Positions 10,901 to 19,146 of a stretch of 64,000 nucleotides of DNA are shown in pieces. The stretch lies in assembly GCF_910588795.1 (NCBI RefSeq), contig NZ_CAJURI010000003.1; one strand, written 5' to 3'. The notes under the pieces were generated by a model, which was not told the origin of the DNA, searched no databases, and saw nothing but the letters and a program-made list of their open reading frames with translations. The position numbers were made by a program, and so were the translations under genes. The DNA comes from an uncultured Duncaniella sp. (GTDB taxonomy: Bacteria > Bacteroidota > Bacteroidia > Bacteroidales > Muribaculaceae). Within the stretch, counting starts at the first letter, position 1. Every line of letters begins with the position of its first letter.

Positions 10901-11258
10901 GAGTGGAGAGATGCCTTCAAAGCGTTGGCTGCGCCCGTCAATCATGATAACCGGCGAGGCCAACTACTCCAACGCCCATGGCACTCCATGGATGTACAAG
11001 CACAACAAACTCGGAAAGATTGTGGGTATGCCCGTGCCCGGCACCATGAGTTCAGTCAACTGGGTGACACTTCAGGATCCCAGCCTCTACTTCGGCATAC
11101 CCGTGGTAGGTTTCCGCACTGCCGAGGGCAACTTCCTCGAGAACACACAGCTTGAGCCTGACGTCAAAGTGGCAAATGACCCTGCCAAGATTGTCAAAGG
11201 TATCGATGACCAGCTCATCACCGCAGTGAAGACACTCCTCAACGATCTCAAGAAATAA
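7977..11258 (+). CDS. Tricorn-like S41 family peptidase (secreted)
   Basis: Signal peptide, PD40/WD-like SPDGK repeats, PDZ-like region, DTRFNGGG and catalytic-region NYSNAH motif. Confidence 0.92.
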   Translation: MKHLVSSLLLAAAAVSATAATPLWLRDVKISPDGKSIAFTYKGDIFTVPASGGEAKRLTTAESYESVPVWSPDGKSIAFASDRNGGQDIFIMDAKGGPATQLTFNSVSEIPQGFTPDGKFVVYSATIQAPAASLVYPSSRMGQLYKVPAEGGRPQQILGTPALNISYLPDGNSFLYQDDKGTENEWRKHHTSSVTRDIWRYDAKTGRHTNLTSRGGEDRNPVIGGDGETVYFLSERNGGSFNVYSFPLSDPSKVSAVTKFTTHPVRFLSRGADGTLAFTYNGEIYTVSDKGGKPAKVAIDIVTDNVEQVMRRKVGSASEAAVSPNGKQVAFVSHGDIFVTSVEYPSTRQITKTPQGEGHPSWGADNRTLYYTSDRDGHKNIYRATINRKDDPNFSNATLIEETPVFPAKDNVDRQDPIISPNGELMAFIQDGNKIAVMNLKTRKTRLLTNGETYTARDGGITLDWSPDSEWLAATIDVHQRDPYYDIAIINATTGELTNITNDAYMNSNPRWVMNGNAIIYTSDRFGMKNHASWGATNDVLMVFTNRDAYDRYRLSDEDFALLKEVEKSQKAGKQSASKDDKKKDKKKGDKKDSKKDSKDAKKEDAKPSDAVKVELDGIQDRIVRLTPFSSSLGDSYVDNDGENLYFMSRVDNGYDLWKKSLRKGDVALFKKMGAGGVSFQPDASGKNLFLFGSSLRKMSLPGGNISSISFNATQEIDPVKEREYMYEFIVDQEAKRFLVKDMFGVDWKGYTDNYRKFLPHINNNYDFSELASELLGELNVSHTGSGYRAGGSQEPTASLGLLYDLTYTGKGLKVSEILKRGPFDRASTRMTPGAVITAIDGTSLNDETDPLASLNSRVRTKTLVAFTLPSGEKVEEVILPTNNGSYNAMLYDRWLERNRHIVDSISGGRLGYVHLESMDDASYRSIYADVLGKYADREGIIIDTRFNGGGRLHEDIEVLFSGKKYLTQEIRGVKSGEMPSKRWLRPSIMITGEANYSNAHGTPWMYKHNKLGKIVGMPVPGTMSSVNWVTLQDPSLYFGIPVVGFRTAEGNFLENTQLEPDVKVANDPAKIVKGIDDQLITAVKTLLNDLKK

Positions 11259-11284
11259 TCTCTGATCTAAACATAAGGAAGACA

Positions 11285-11402
11285 ACAGAGAAATTTCATA
11301 AGCATAAAATAGGACACAGACCTTTAATTTTCATGCCGGGAATATAAATCCCAGTCGAATTAAAGGTCTGTGTCCTATTTTATGCTTATGAAATTTCTCT
11401 GT
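11285..11402. repeat. 45-bp perfect inverted repeat with a 28-bp spacer between convergent genes
   Basis: 11285-11329 is the exact reverse complement of 11358-11402. Confidence 0.9.
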
Positions 11403-11471
11403 GTCCTGTTGCGCGGATCTTTTGCCTGTTTCATTTCTACCGAGACTCAGATCCTGACCTTATCCGGTCCG

Positions 11472-12932
11472 TCAATTGTCACCTGTCCACTTAGGCAGAG
11501 AGAAGATGAATTCCAGACCACCCGTAGAACGGTTGTGAACCGATATGGTGCCACCGAGTGTTATCACCGTGCTCCTGACTATTGGCAGACCGAGACCGGT
11601 ACCTCCCTGCTTGCGCGAGCGGCCCGTGTCAACACGATAGAATCGCTCGAACAGATGCGGGATATGTTCTTCAGCGACACCCACACCATTGTCAAAGAAA
11701 GCAAACATATAGAACCGTTCACTCTCCGATATAAGCTTGAAGCATATCTTAGTGCCGTTGGAATACATGGCCGAATTTCGTATCAGACCGCATATCATTC
11801 CGTTAAGGAGCCCGTAATTGCCTGTCACATAACAATCGAGCGGCACGTCAAACGAGAATTGCATATTGCCGGCCAGATTGTTTGCGCCCATATCATAGTC
11901 TATCTGATATACGAGGTCATACATATCCACCTTGCTCAGAGCTATCTTGTCGGTGCCGTTCTCGAGGCGCGTCATGGTAGAGACGTCATTGAGCAGATTA
12001 GTGAGACGGTCGATATTGCTCAGCATGCGTTCGAGGAAGCGGGTACGAGTCTCGGCATCCATATCCGGGTCACCGAGTATCGATTCAAGATACCCCCTCA
12101 CTATCCCGACCGGAGTCTTGATCTCATGATTGATATTATTGGACATCTGGCGTGTCACACGCGCCTTCTCCTCTATAGCATGGATAGCCACCTTTCGTTC
12201 GCGACGTATCTGCTCCACGGCATTCTCACGCTCGCGATACAGAGTCACTATCTCACGTGATATATCGCCAAGCTCATTACGCGGGAACTTGTCTATGCCG
12301 GTAAAATGGCCTCCTGTCGCAGCCCTGTAAGCGAAATCCTTGAGCAGGGTGACACTGCGTGACAGACGTCTCGTGAAATAATATGACACAAGTATCGTCA
12401 TGAGAATGCATGAAGCCATCACGAGCCACACCATCGAATCGACCTCAAGCGCATCGCTCACTTCAGCATCGAACGGCAGGGCTGAAAGCACCTTCACATT
12501 CCCGTCACGGCTTTTGGATGTGGCAAGAAAATAATTGACTCCCACAGAATCACGCACCACCTTGCGCTCGTCATTCCCGGTCGATATATAGTCGACCACC
12601 TTGAATGCATCCTGCTCATATGGCAGCGGAGTCCCGAGGGAATATTTGAGCCTGCCGTCACTCAGATAGACCGAAATGCGCACATCCTCATAAGCAGATC
12701 CCTCAAAATAGGACGCGATGAAAGAGTTCAGCGGCCTGACATCCTGATCAGAATCATAAGCCTTGAGCACACGGCGGTTTATAAGGTCAAGCTGCATGGT
12801 AAGCATCTCGGCTCGATACTCGGCCTCACGCTTATACTGATACCATATTATCAGTCCGAAGACTATGCAGAGGCAAAACGCTATCGGCAGAAACAGCTGC
12901 CAGTGATAGTTAATCCTTCTCCTTGAAGCCAT
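11472..12932 (-). CDS. rprX: Sensor histidine kinase (RprX-like)
   Basis: Two TM helices, HAMP-like region, H-box NINHEIKTP, HATPase FERFYRVD..GGTGLGL; overlaps the upstream regulator. Confidence 0.8.
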   Translation of the reverse strand: MASRRRINYHWQLFLPIAFCLCIVFGLIIWYQYKREAEYRAEMLTMQLDLINRRVLKAYDSDQDVRPLNSFIASYFEGSAYEDVRISVYLSDGRLKYSLGTPLPYEQDAFKVVDYISTGNDERKVVRDSVGVNYFLATSKSRDGNVKVLSALPFDAEVSDALEVDSMVWLVMASCILMTILVSYYFTRRLSRSVTLLKDFAYRAATGGHFTGIDKFPRNELGDISREIVTLYRERENAVEQIRRERKVAIHAIEEKARVTRQMSNNINHEIKTPVGIVRGYLESILGDPDMDAETRTRFLERMLSNIDRLTNLLNDVSTMTRLENGTDKIALSKVDMYDLVYQIDYDMGANNLAGNMQFSFDVPLDCYVTGNYGLLNGMICGLIRNSAMYSNGTKICFKLISESERFYMFAFFDNGVGVAEEHIPHLFERFYRVDTGRSRKQGGTGLGLPIVRSTVITLGGTISVHNRSTGGLEFIFSLPKWTGDN

Positions 12933-13638
12933 ATCCGAATCCCAGACGGGTCTCGATATTATTTCCGTAAGCTCCTATCTTTTTGCGCAGGCGTGTGATA
13001 TTTGTGTCAATAGTGCGTGTGGTCACCACCACATCGTCATCCCATACGCGGCGTATTATCTCTTCACGCGAATATATGCGGTTGCGGTGGGTAAGGAAAA
13101 AGCTCAGTATCTCGAATTCAGTCTTGGTCAGAGGCACCTGAGAGCCGTCTATATAGCATGTCTTGTCATTAGGATCTATGCAAAGAGTCTGATATTCGAT
13201 ACGGCTCTCCATAGGATCATGATCCTGCACAGGCATTGCGCTGGCCGCCTGGACAGCCTTGCGCGCCACAGCCGCACGACGAAGGACCGCATTGACCCTC
13301 GCTATCATCTCGCTCATCTTGAACGGCTTGGTGATATAATCGTCAGCTCCTATATTAAGTCCCATCACCGTGTCGTCCTCTCCGTTCAATGCCGAACAGA
13401 ATATTATAGGCACAATCTCCGTGCTGTCACTGTTACGGAGTTTCTTGGCGAAATCAAATCCGCTCAGACGCTCCATCATGATATCGACGATAAACAGATC
13501 GTAAGGGCGTAGATCCTTTTCCAAAGCCTCTTCGGCACTATAGGCGACATCCACCTCATATCCCTCTTTAAGAAGATTATATCTCAGAATCTCGCATATC
13601 GATTCTTCGTCATCAATAACTAAAATGCGTGCATTCAT
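12910..13638 (-). CDS. rprY: OmpR/PhoB-family response regulator (RprY-like)
   Basis: RILVIDDE, DIMM, GADDYITKPF, winged-helix RTIDTNITRLRKKIG..TRLGFGY. Confidence 0.85.
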   Translation of the reverse strand: MNARILVIDDEESICEILRYNLLKEGYEVDVAYSAEEALEKDLRPYDLFIVDIMMERLSGFDFAKKLRNSDSTEIVPIIFCSALNGEDDTVMGLNIGADDYITKPFKMSEMIARVNAVLRRAAVARKAVQAASAMPVQDHDPMESRIEYQTLCIDPNDKTCYIDGSQVPLTKTEFEILSFFLTHRNRIYSREEIIRRVWDDDVVVTTRTIDTNITRLRKKIGAYGNNIETRLGFGYGFKEKD

Positions 13639-13754
13639 ATCTGGTCTGTGTTTGGTATTTGATGCTAAATTACAATTTTTTTTTCGTCCAATTGGTTAAC
13701 AAACGTTAAATCGGAATATAGTCTGAACTTTTACACTCCCCGATAGTTATAATG

Positions 13755-13850
13755 ATGTAGTTACTATTATTTGCACTGTGTTTTCATGGTATTAGATTTA
13801 AGGTTAAGAACCACGGGGCTGTCGAGATGACAGCCCCGTGGTTTCTTTTG
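13755..13850 (+). ncRNA. Candidate ~100-nt sRNA divergent from rprY
   Basis: No ORF; U-rich core GTGTTTTCATGGTATTAGATTTAAGGTTAA followed by a strong terminator; the 5' end is estimated. Confidence 0.5.
13809..13850 (+). terminator. Rho-independent terminator
   Basis: AACCACGGGGCTGTC-GAGAT-GACAGCCCCGTGGTT followed by TCTTTT. Confidence 0.8.
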
Positions 13851-13944
13851 TCACGACATAAACACCTCCCGCATACACGGCCGGGCGCATGGGAAATGTT
13901 AAAAAAACGGCCCTACAACATACGTAACCACATTGTCCCTATTT

Positions 13945-13979
13945 TGTAACACATATGTAACACATCCTTCGTATCTTTG
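13945..13979 (+). promoter_or_regulatory. Direct repeat with 11-bp period (TGTAACACAT x2) upstream of a TATCTTTG -7 element
   Basis: TGTAACACATA-TGTAACACATC then CTTCGTATCTTTGC; the spacing is typical of OmpR/PhoB-family binding boxes. Confidence 0.55.
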
Positions 13980-13984
13980 CAATG

Positions 13985-14145
13985 TAGAAAACAAAAACCT
14001 TCTGCAAGAGGGTTACAAGATATAGAAATCAATACCAATCAAAGAAAATTTACGGTTGCAAAGAAATAGTTTTTTAGTAAATACTAAACCTAATCATTAT
14101 CACACTACATAGAGGACTGTCGCCCGACAGTCCTCTAATATTTTA
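13985..14145 (+). ncRNA. Candidate ~160-nt sRNA
   Basis: Bounded by a TAnnTTTG promoter and the hairpin at 14110-14137; A/U-rich, no convincing ORF. Confidence 0.45.
14110..14137. terminator. Terminator hairpin, possibly bidirectional
   Basis: TAGAGGACTGTCG-CC-CGACAGTCCTCTA inverted repeat followed by ATATTTT. Confidence 0.7.
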
Positions 14146-14170
14146 TAAGAGGCCGATTAAAAACAACCTT

Positions 14171-14513
14171 AAAAAACGGAGTGCCTGAATATTGAACACA
14201 AGGTCCAACACCGACACCCCGTACGGACGGGCTGGAACTTTTCGGTTGACCGACACAAACAAGAGCCACATCAACATCAAAAACCCTGGCAGACTACAAA
14301 AGCTAAAACTTCCTCCGGACAATCAAGCCATCTGTGGAATATTAATAAAAATGTCTGCCCCGGACAATTGTCTTGTAACTTTCTTTGCATCCGGTCCGAA
14401 AACCGTATGCGATCCATATAATTTCCCGAAAAGGGAATCAGAATTGCTCTACGGTCATACTACTCAGTTCCATTCAAGGACAAAGCCCCCTTATCGGGTG
14501 GCCTGTCCTCTGC
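14171..14513 (-). ncRNA. Candidate structured ncRNA (~340 nt) directly downstream of the orphan helical protein
   Basis: Several nested stems, a UUCG-capped hairpin, long-range closing pairing and a terminal U6 tract on the minus strand (see findings). Confidence 0.5.
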
Positions 14514-15416
14514 TCATCCGTTGTCCTGTCCTTTTCCAAGATGCGACACCTCCTGATATATCCCGTCAAGGCTATCGGGGATAATGATCTTCAGGCCGCC
14601 ATATTCCCTCACCTTCTTCCGGATATACTCGGCATGGCGCGAGCGAATGGTCTGCATTTCACCGTTCCACCTCTCCAAAGCCTTGGTATAATCAGTGCTC
14701 ACCTTCACTTTGGAGTCTGTGACAGCCTTTTCGCACTCATACTTCATGGCATTCAGTTTGGCCTGAGCCTCGCGATACTGCTTCTGCAGATCAAAATAGA
14801 CCGTCTCTATCAGTTCGGCACCGACCGAAGGCTCATAGGAATAGATGAGTGTATCGCGTCCGTCACCCTCCACCGAGCGCGGATTCTGAGTGCGCTGCGC
14901 CAGATCGTCACGCGCATCAGCGAAATGTCCGCCCGGATGTATCTCCTTTCCGATCACGGCTGCAAGAGTCTCAAGTTCATAATAACGGTTGCGCTCGTCA
15001 AGCGACAAGCCGCCGTAATACCCGTCCTCAGTCAGAGCCTCCTCCATGACAGGAGCCTCGGGGATCGTCAGCCCCTCAATCCTGGCAAACTCTTCCAATG
15101 AAAGGTCCTCAGCCCTCTTCAGGAGCCTGTCCTTTGCCTTTATCGCTTCCCTTAGCCATGCTATAAGCGACTTTGCCTCGGCCACGCGGTGCAGCATGCC
15201 TGACACCGATTTCACATCATCGGCGTCAGCACCTTTGCGCAACACATTGACCGAACCGCTGCCTATCAATGACACCTCTGTCGAATAGAACACCATCGCA
15301 GCAAGTCGGGCCTCAAGAATGCGTATCATCTCTTTGGCCATATTGGCAACATGATTGGCGGATGTCGAGGTCAAACCCCGCCCCTCCGCGCTAAAAAATA
15401 TCAAATCCTTATCCAT
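14514..15416 (-). CDS. Hypothetical 300-aa, predicted alpha-helical/coiled-coil protein
   Basis: Start MDKDLIFF at 15416; N-terminal GLTSTSANHVANMAKE, IAWLREAIKAK, AAVIGK.IHPGG, C-terminal LKIIIP..L; no enzyme motif recognised. Confidence 0.8.
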   Translation of the reverse strand: MDKDLIFFSAEGRGLTSTSANHVANMAKEMIRILEARLAAMVFYSTEVSLIGSGSVNVLRKGADADDVKSVSGMLHRVAEAKSLIAWLREAIKAKDRLLKRAEDLSLEEFARIEGLTIPEAPVMEEALTEDGYYGGLSLDERNRYYELETLAAVIGKEIHPGGHFADARDDLAQRTQNPRSVEGDGRDTLIYSYEPSVGAELIETVYFDLQKQYREAQAKLNAMKYECEKAVTDSKVKVSTDYTKALERWNGEMQTIRSRHAEYIRKKVREYGGLKIIIPDSLDGIYQEVSHLGKGQDNG

Positions 15417-15565
15417 AACATTTACAGGTTGTTTTTTAATGGTATCTTCGAGATCGTATAGTAACGGCCTCTTAAATTCTAATCTTAGAACCTCTTTTCG
15501 GCACAAATGGTTGTGACCCGAATTGAAGAATCATATCTGTTTAAACAATCACGGCACAAAATAAG

Positions 15566-15600
15566 CACCCCGGTGCGCAAGCTACATGCGCACCGGGGTG
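15566..15600 (-). terminator. Terminator after the GH3 gene
   Basis: CACCCCGGTGCGCA...TGCGCACCGGGGTG stem followed by CTTATTTT on the minus strand. Confidence 0.75.
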
Positions 15601-15618
15601 AAATTTTATTTAAAGATA

Positions 15619-18183
15619 TCAAATTCTTACTTTTATCTTCTTAAGATCCCTGTCGGCACTTGAAGAGCCTACCATAAGCTCATATTCTCCGGGGACCACA
15701 CGCATCTCCTGATTCTTTTCGTCCCAGTTCTCAAAGAGATGTCTCGGGAAGTCGATCTCCACATCGCGGCTCTCTCCGGGAGCAAGCTCCACACGGGCAT
15801 ATCCTCTGAGGGTCTTATTAGGCCCATCGGCATCCGCAGGACGACGAAGGTACACCTGCACAACCTCAGTCCCTGCCACCTTTCCGGTATTCTTTACGCG
15901 CACCTTTATCACGCCGTCAGAGTATACAGGCTTGGAGATGTCAAATGTGGTGTAGCTCAACCCGTATCCGAACTGATACAGCGGATCCTCTTTCATATAG
16001 CGGTAAGTGCGTCCCTCCATAAGATAATTGTCAAATGCCGGGAGCTGGCTGTCGTTCTTGTAGAAAGTCACGGGAAGCTTGCCCGAGGGATTATAGTCAC
16101 CGAATATCACATCGGCTATGGCATATCCCCCCTGCTCTCCGGGATACCAAGCCTGCAGTATGGCGTCGCATATCTCATTCTCGGGGGTAAGAGCCACCGC
16201 ACTGCCGCTGCAATTGACAAACACTATCTTCTTGCCGGCCTCATGCAATGCCTTGATGATCTCCCGCTGAGGCTCCGGAAGCTCTATGGATGTGCGGTCG
16301 CCGTTGTCAAATCCCGGCTCGTTCACCTTGGCCTCCTCACGTTCGTAAGCCGGAGAGATGCCTCCTATAAATATCACGACTTCGGCACCCTTAGCCGCAG
16401 CCACAGCATCAGCGGGCGTGACATCGCGCGAACGCAGTATGTCAAAGTTGAGCGTGGCGTCATCTTCAAGCTGCATATAGTCCACCTCAATGTCATATCT
16501 CTTCCCTTTCTCAACGGCAAACTCACGGTCACGGAAATTCAGCGGATCAGTCTTCCAGCGGTTGTGCACTGTGTCGCCGTTTATTATTATACGCAGGCCG
16601 TCATCATTGTTGTACACCATCTTGAGTCTCTCGTCACGGTCAGCAGTGTACGTGCCCTTGATACGGGCGGTGAAATTCGTAAGATTGACCCCGGGAGCAA
16701 ACGCCGTGTTGCCGCCGTTGTCAAGACGGATCGCGGAGGTGTACACAGTCTCGGCAGCCGGCTCTCCTTCCATTGCAGTATTGTTCCAGTAAGAAGCCTC
16801 CATGCCTTGACCCTTGGAACTGCGGAAATTGCCAAACACACTCTCCTGATCGGTCATGCGTGTCACGGCACAGGCACGCGCATACGGAAGCTCACGTCCG
16901 GCACGCGCATTCAGGCCCTCGAGCGCAGTGACCGTATGGGCCGGCTGACCGTAATATATACCCCACATCATGGTGGAATCGGCGGCATTCGGCCCCATCA
17001 CCATGATCTTTCCTGCATCGGGAGAGAGAGGCAGCACCCCATTGTTTTTCAAAAGCACCATCTGCTCGCGAGCCATCTTGCGGGCAAGGTCACGATGGGC
17101 CTTGGAGCTAACCACACTCATCGGGATCGAAGTCCAGGGCACAAGAGAATCCGGATCGAAATCGCCGAGTTCGAAACGGCCTTTCAGAAGACGCTTCACG
17201 CACACATCGATATCCGATTCCTTGACATCGCCGCGCCTCACGGCTCCGGGAAGATTCTTATAGACCCCTCCGCACTCCACATCGGTGCCGCTGAGCACAC
17301 CCAATGCGGATGCTGCCTTGGCATCCTTCGACACCTCATGGCGGCCTTCGCGATAGAAATCCCCTATGGCTCCGCAATCGCTGACGACAAGTCCGTCAAA
17401 TCCCCAGTCATAACGCAATATGGAATTGAGCAGCCTGTCGGACCCACAGCACGGCGAGCCTTCAAACCGCTGATAGGCGCACATCACCTGCTGCACCTTG
17501 CCATCCTTGACAAGCATCCTGAATGCCGGAAGATATGTCTCCCAAAGCTCTCTGGCGGGCAGATTCTCTATATCAAAGCTGTGGCGGGTCTTTTCAGGTC
17601 CGCTGTGCACCGCATAATGCTTGGCACAGGCATGAAGCTTGTAATATTTGCCGCTGCCGTCGCCCTGCAGACCTTTCACTACACGCAGACCCATACGGCC
17701 GTTCATGTATGGATCCTCACCATAGGTCTCCTGTCCGCGCCCCCAGCGCGGATCGCGGAACACATTGATGTTGGGAGTCCAGAACGACAGTCCTTTATAC
17801 TTACCGTTCTTCCCCTCTCGGCGGGCAAGTGTATTCTTGGCGCGGGCCTCGTCACTCACCGCAGTGAACACCTCTTCGATAAGATCGTCGTCAAACGAAG
17901 CGGCCATTCCTATACAAGAAGGGAACACCGTGGCAAGACCGTTACGCCCCACTCCATGGAGAGCCTCGCTCCACCAGTCGAAAGCCGGAATACCGAGCCG
18001 GTCTATCGCAGGGGAGCCATTCATCATCAGCAATGATTTCTCCTCAAGAGTGAGCCGCTTGCACAGATCCTCGGCACGCTCCTCAGCGGACAGCGAAGGG
18101 TCCTGATATGGAAGAGATTGCGCCAACATAAGGGACGGCAGACCCGCAAGCACAGACGCCACTAAAAACTGTCTTATTTTCAT
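15619..18183 (-). CDS. GH3 beta-xylosidase/beta-glucosidase with PA14 insert and Fn3-like C-terminus (Xyl3A-like)
   Basis: WWSEALHG, DPRWGRGQETYGEDP, CAKHYAVHSGPE, VVSDC nucleophile region, signal peptide; TATCTTTG promoter at 18229-18236 (minus). Confidence 0.92.
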   Translation of the reverse strand: MKIRQFLVASVLAGLPSLMLAQSLPYQDPSLSAEERAEDLCKRLTLEEKSLLMMNGSPAIDRLGIPAFDWWSEALHGVGRNGLATVFPSCIGMAASFDDDLIEEVFTAVSDEARAKNTLARREGKNGKYKGLSFWTPNINVFRDPRWGRGQETYGEDPYMNGRMGLRVVKGLQGDGSGKYYKLHACAKHYAVHSGPEKTRHSFDIENLPARELWETYLPAFRMLVKDGKVQQVMCAYQRFEGSPCCGSDRLLNSILRYDWGFDGLVVSDCGAIGDFYREGRHEVSKDAKAASALGVLSGTDVECGGVYKNLPGAVRRGDVKESDIDVCVKRLLKGRFELGDFDPDSLVPWTSIPMSVVSSKAHRDLARKMAREQMVLLKNNGVLPLSPDAGKIMVMGPNAADSTMMWGIYYGQPAHTVTALEGLNARAGRELPYARACAVTRMTDQESVFGNFRSSKGQGMEASYWNNTAMEGEPAAETVYTSAIRLDNGGNTAFAPGVNLTNFTARIKGTYTADRDERLKMVYNNDDGLRIIINGDTVHNRWKTDPLNFRDREFAVEKGKRYDIEVDYMQLEDDATLNFDILRSRDVTPADAVAAAKGAEVVIFIGGISPAYEREEAKVNEPGFDNGDRTSIELPEPQREIIKALHEAGKKIVFVNCSGSAVALTPENEICDAILQAWYPGEQGGYAIADVIFGDYNPSGKLPVTFYKNDSQLPAFDNYLMEGRTYRYMKEDPLYQFGYGLSYTTFDISKPVYSDGVIKVRVKNTGKVAGTEVVQVYLRRPADADGPNKTLRGYARVELAPGESRDVEIDFPRHLFENWDEKNQEMRVVPGEYELMVGSSSADRDLKKIKVRI

Positions 18184-18538
18184 GGTTAAAAAGGTAAAAA
18201 AAGATATGATTTTTCTGCTATTATTTTACAAAGATAATGAATTCATCTATTATTTGCAAATAATTATAAGTTAATGCTTTACACCAACAAACAGCCATAT
18301 GGCAGCATTTACTGTTAAAAATACAATAAGTATATCCTGGTTATTATAATATATTATTCAATATAAAGAATTATTCAAAAAAATTAGCAATTATTTGCAT
18401 TGTTAAATATTTTGTTTATATTTGCAAACATATCATAGAATCTCAAATCATTTCACAATCTTAACGTTATGGAAATGCTACCGGGATAGCAAATTAAATC
18501 TATAATAACGACCTCTAAACAATATAAACCCCATTATT

Positions 18539-18961
18539 ATGAAGATTTTCTTTAATCTTGCACTTGTACTTGTCAGTGCCATTCTATCATCGATGCTAAC
18601 AATCGCATGCACCAACGCCGAATCGCCAAAATCCGAGAACTACGAACTTATCGAAGTCGAGGATCCAAACCAAGAAGAATTTGAACAGACCCTCAATAAT
18701 CTCCCTGAAGAAAAGCGGGAGGAATTGAAACTGCGACGCCACGTAAACCTGATACTGATAAAATATGTCAAACTCGAAGGCCACCGCTACCGCCTTGACA
18801 TTTCGGAAGAAGATGCTAAAAAATTAGGCATCAAACCCGAGTGGCTTGAAATCGCAAAAAAGGAAATCGAGGATGCCAATAAGAATATCGAAAAGATGGA
18901 CGCCGACGGACAGGTGCTTGATCTGCCCGACCCTCAGGAATTATTCAAAAATAAAGAGTGA
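18539..18961 (+). CDS. Hypothetical lipoprotein
   Basis: Signal peptide ending TIAC, charged body; AT-rich upstream region with TATATTTG near 18417. Confidence 0.7.
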   Translation: MKIFFNLALVLVSAILSSMLTIACTNAESPKSENYELIEVEDPNQEEFEQTLNNLPEEKREELKLRRHVNLILIKYVKLEGHRYRLDISEEDAKKLGIKPEWLEIAKKEIEDANKNIEKMDADGQVLDLPDPQELFKNKE

Positions 18962-19057
18962 CACACGGCCATAATACAGGGTATTTCAAAACTACCTTTT
19001 TAATGAATCACACTCTACGATAACTATTCATAGGGAATCGGACATCCAATAAACAAG

Positions 19058-19109
19058 TTTATCCGCTGCCATCTTGCTCATGATACTGAAGCAGACAGCA
19101 GCGGATAAA
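19058..19109. terminator. Bidirectional terminator between convergent genes
   Basis: TTTATCCGCTGC...GCAGCGGATAAA inverted repeat. Confidence 0.65.
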
Positions 19110-19146
19110 TTTTGTCAAAGATTTCCTAACAGTCTATGATATAACG

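Noticed and set aside
11370..12260. 296-aa + strand ORF, and similar long antisense ORFs at 22775-23938, 32028-32909, 37207-38067 and 61974-63113
   Set aside because: Antisense shadows of conserved genes (kinase, nnr, nuoM, atpG, dnaE) with no recognisable domains.
14192..15101. + strand ORFs 14192-14584 and 14385-15101
   Set aside because: Non-ATG starts and atypical composition; they overlap the minus-strand gene and the structured region, which explain the sequence better.
15739..18036. 765-aa + strand ORF
   Set aside because: Entirely antisense to the well-supported GH3 gene, with no protein motifs; a shadow ORF caused by codon bias.
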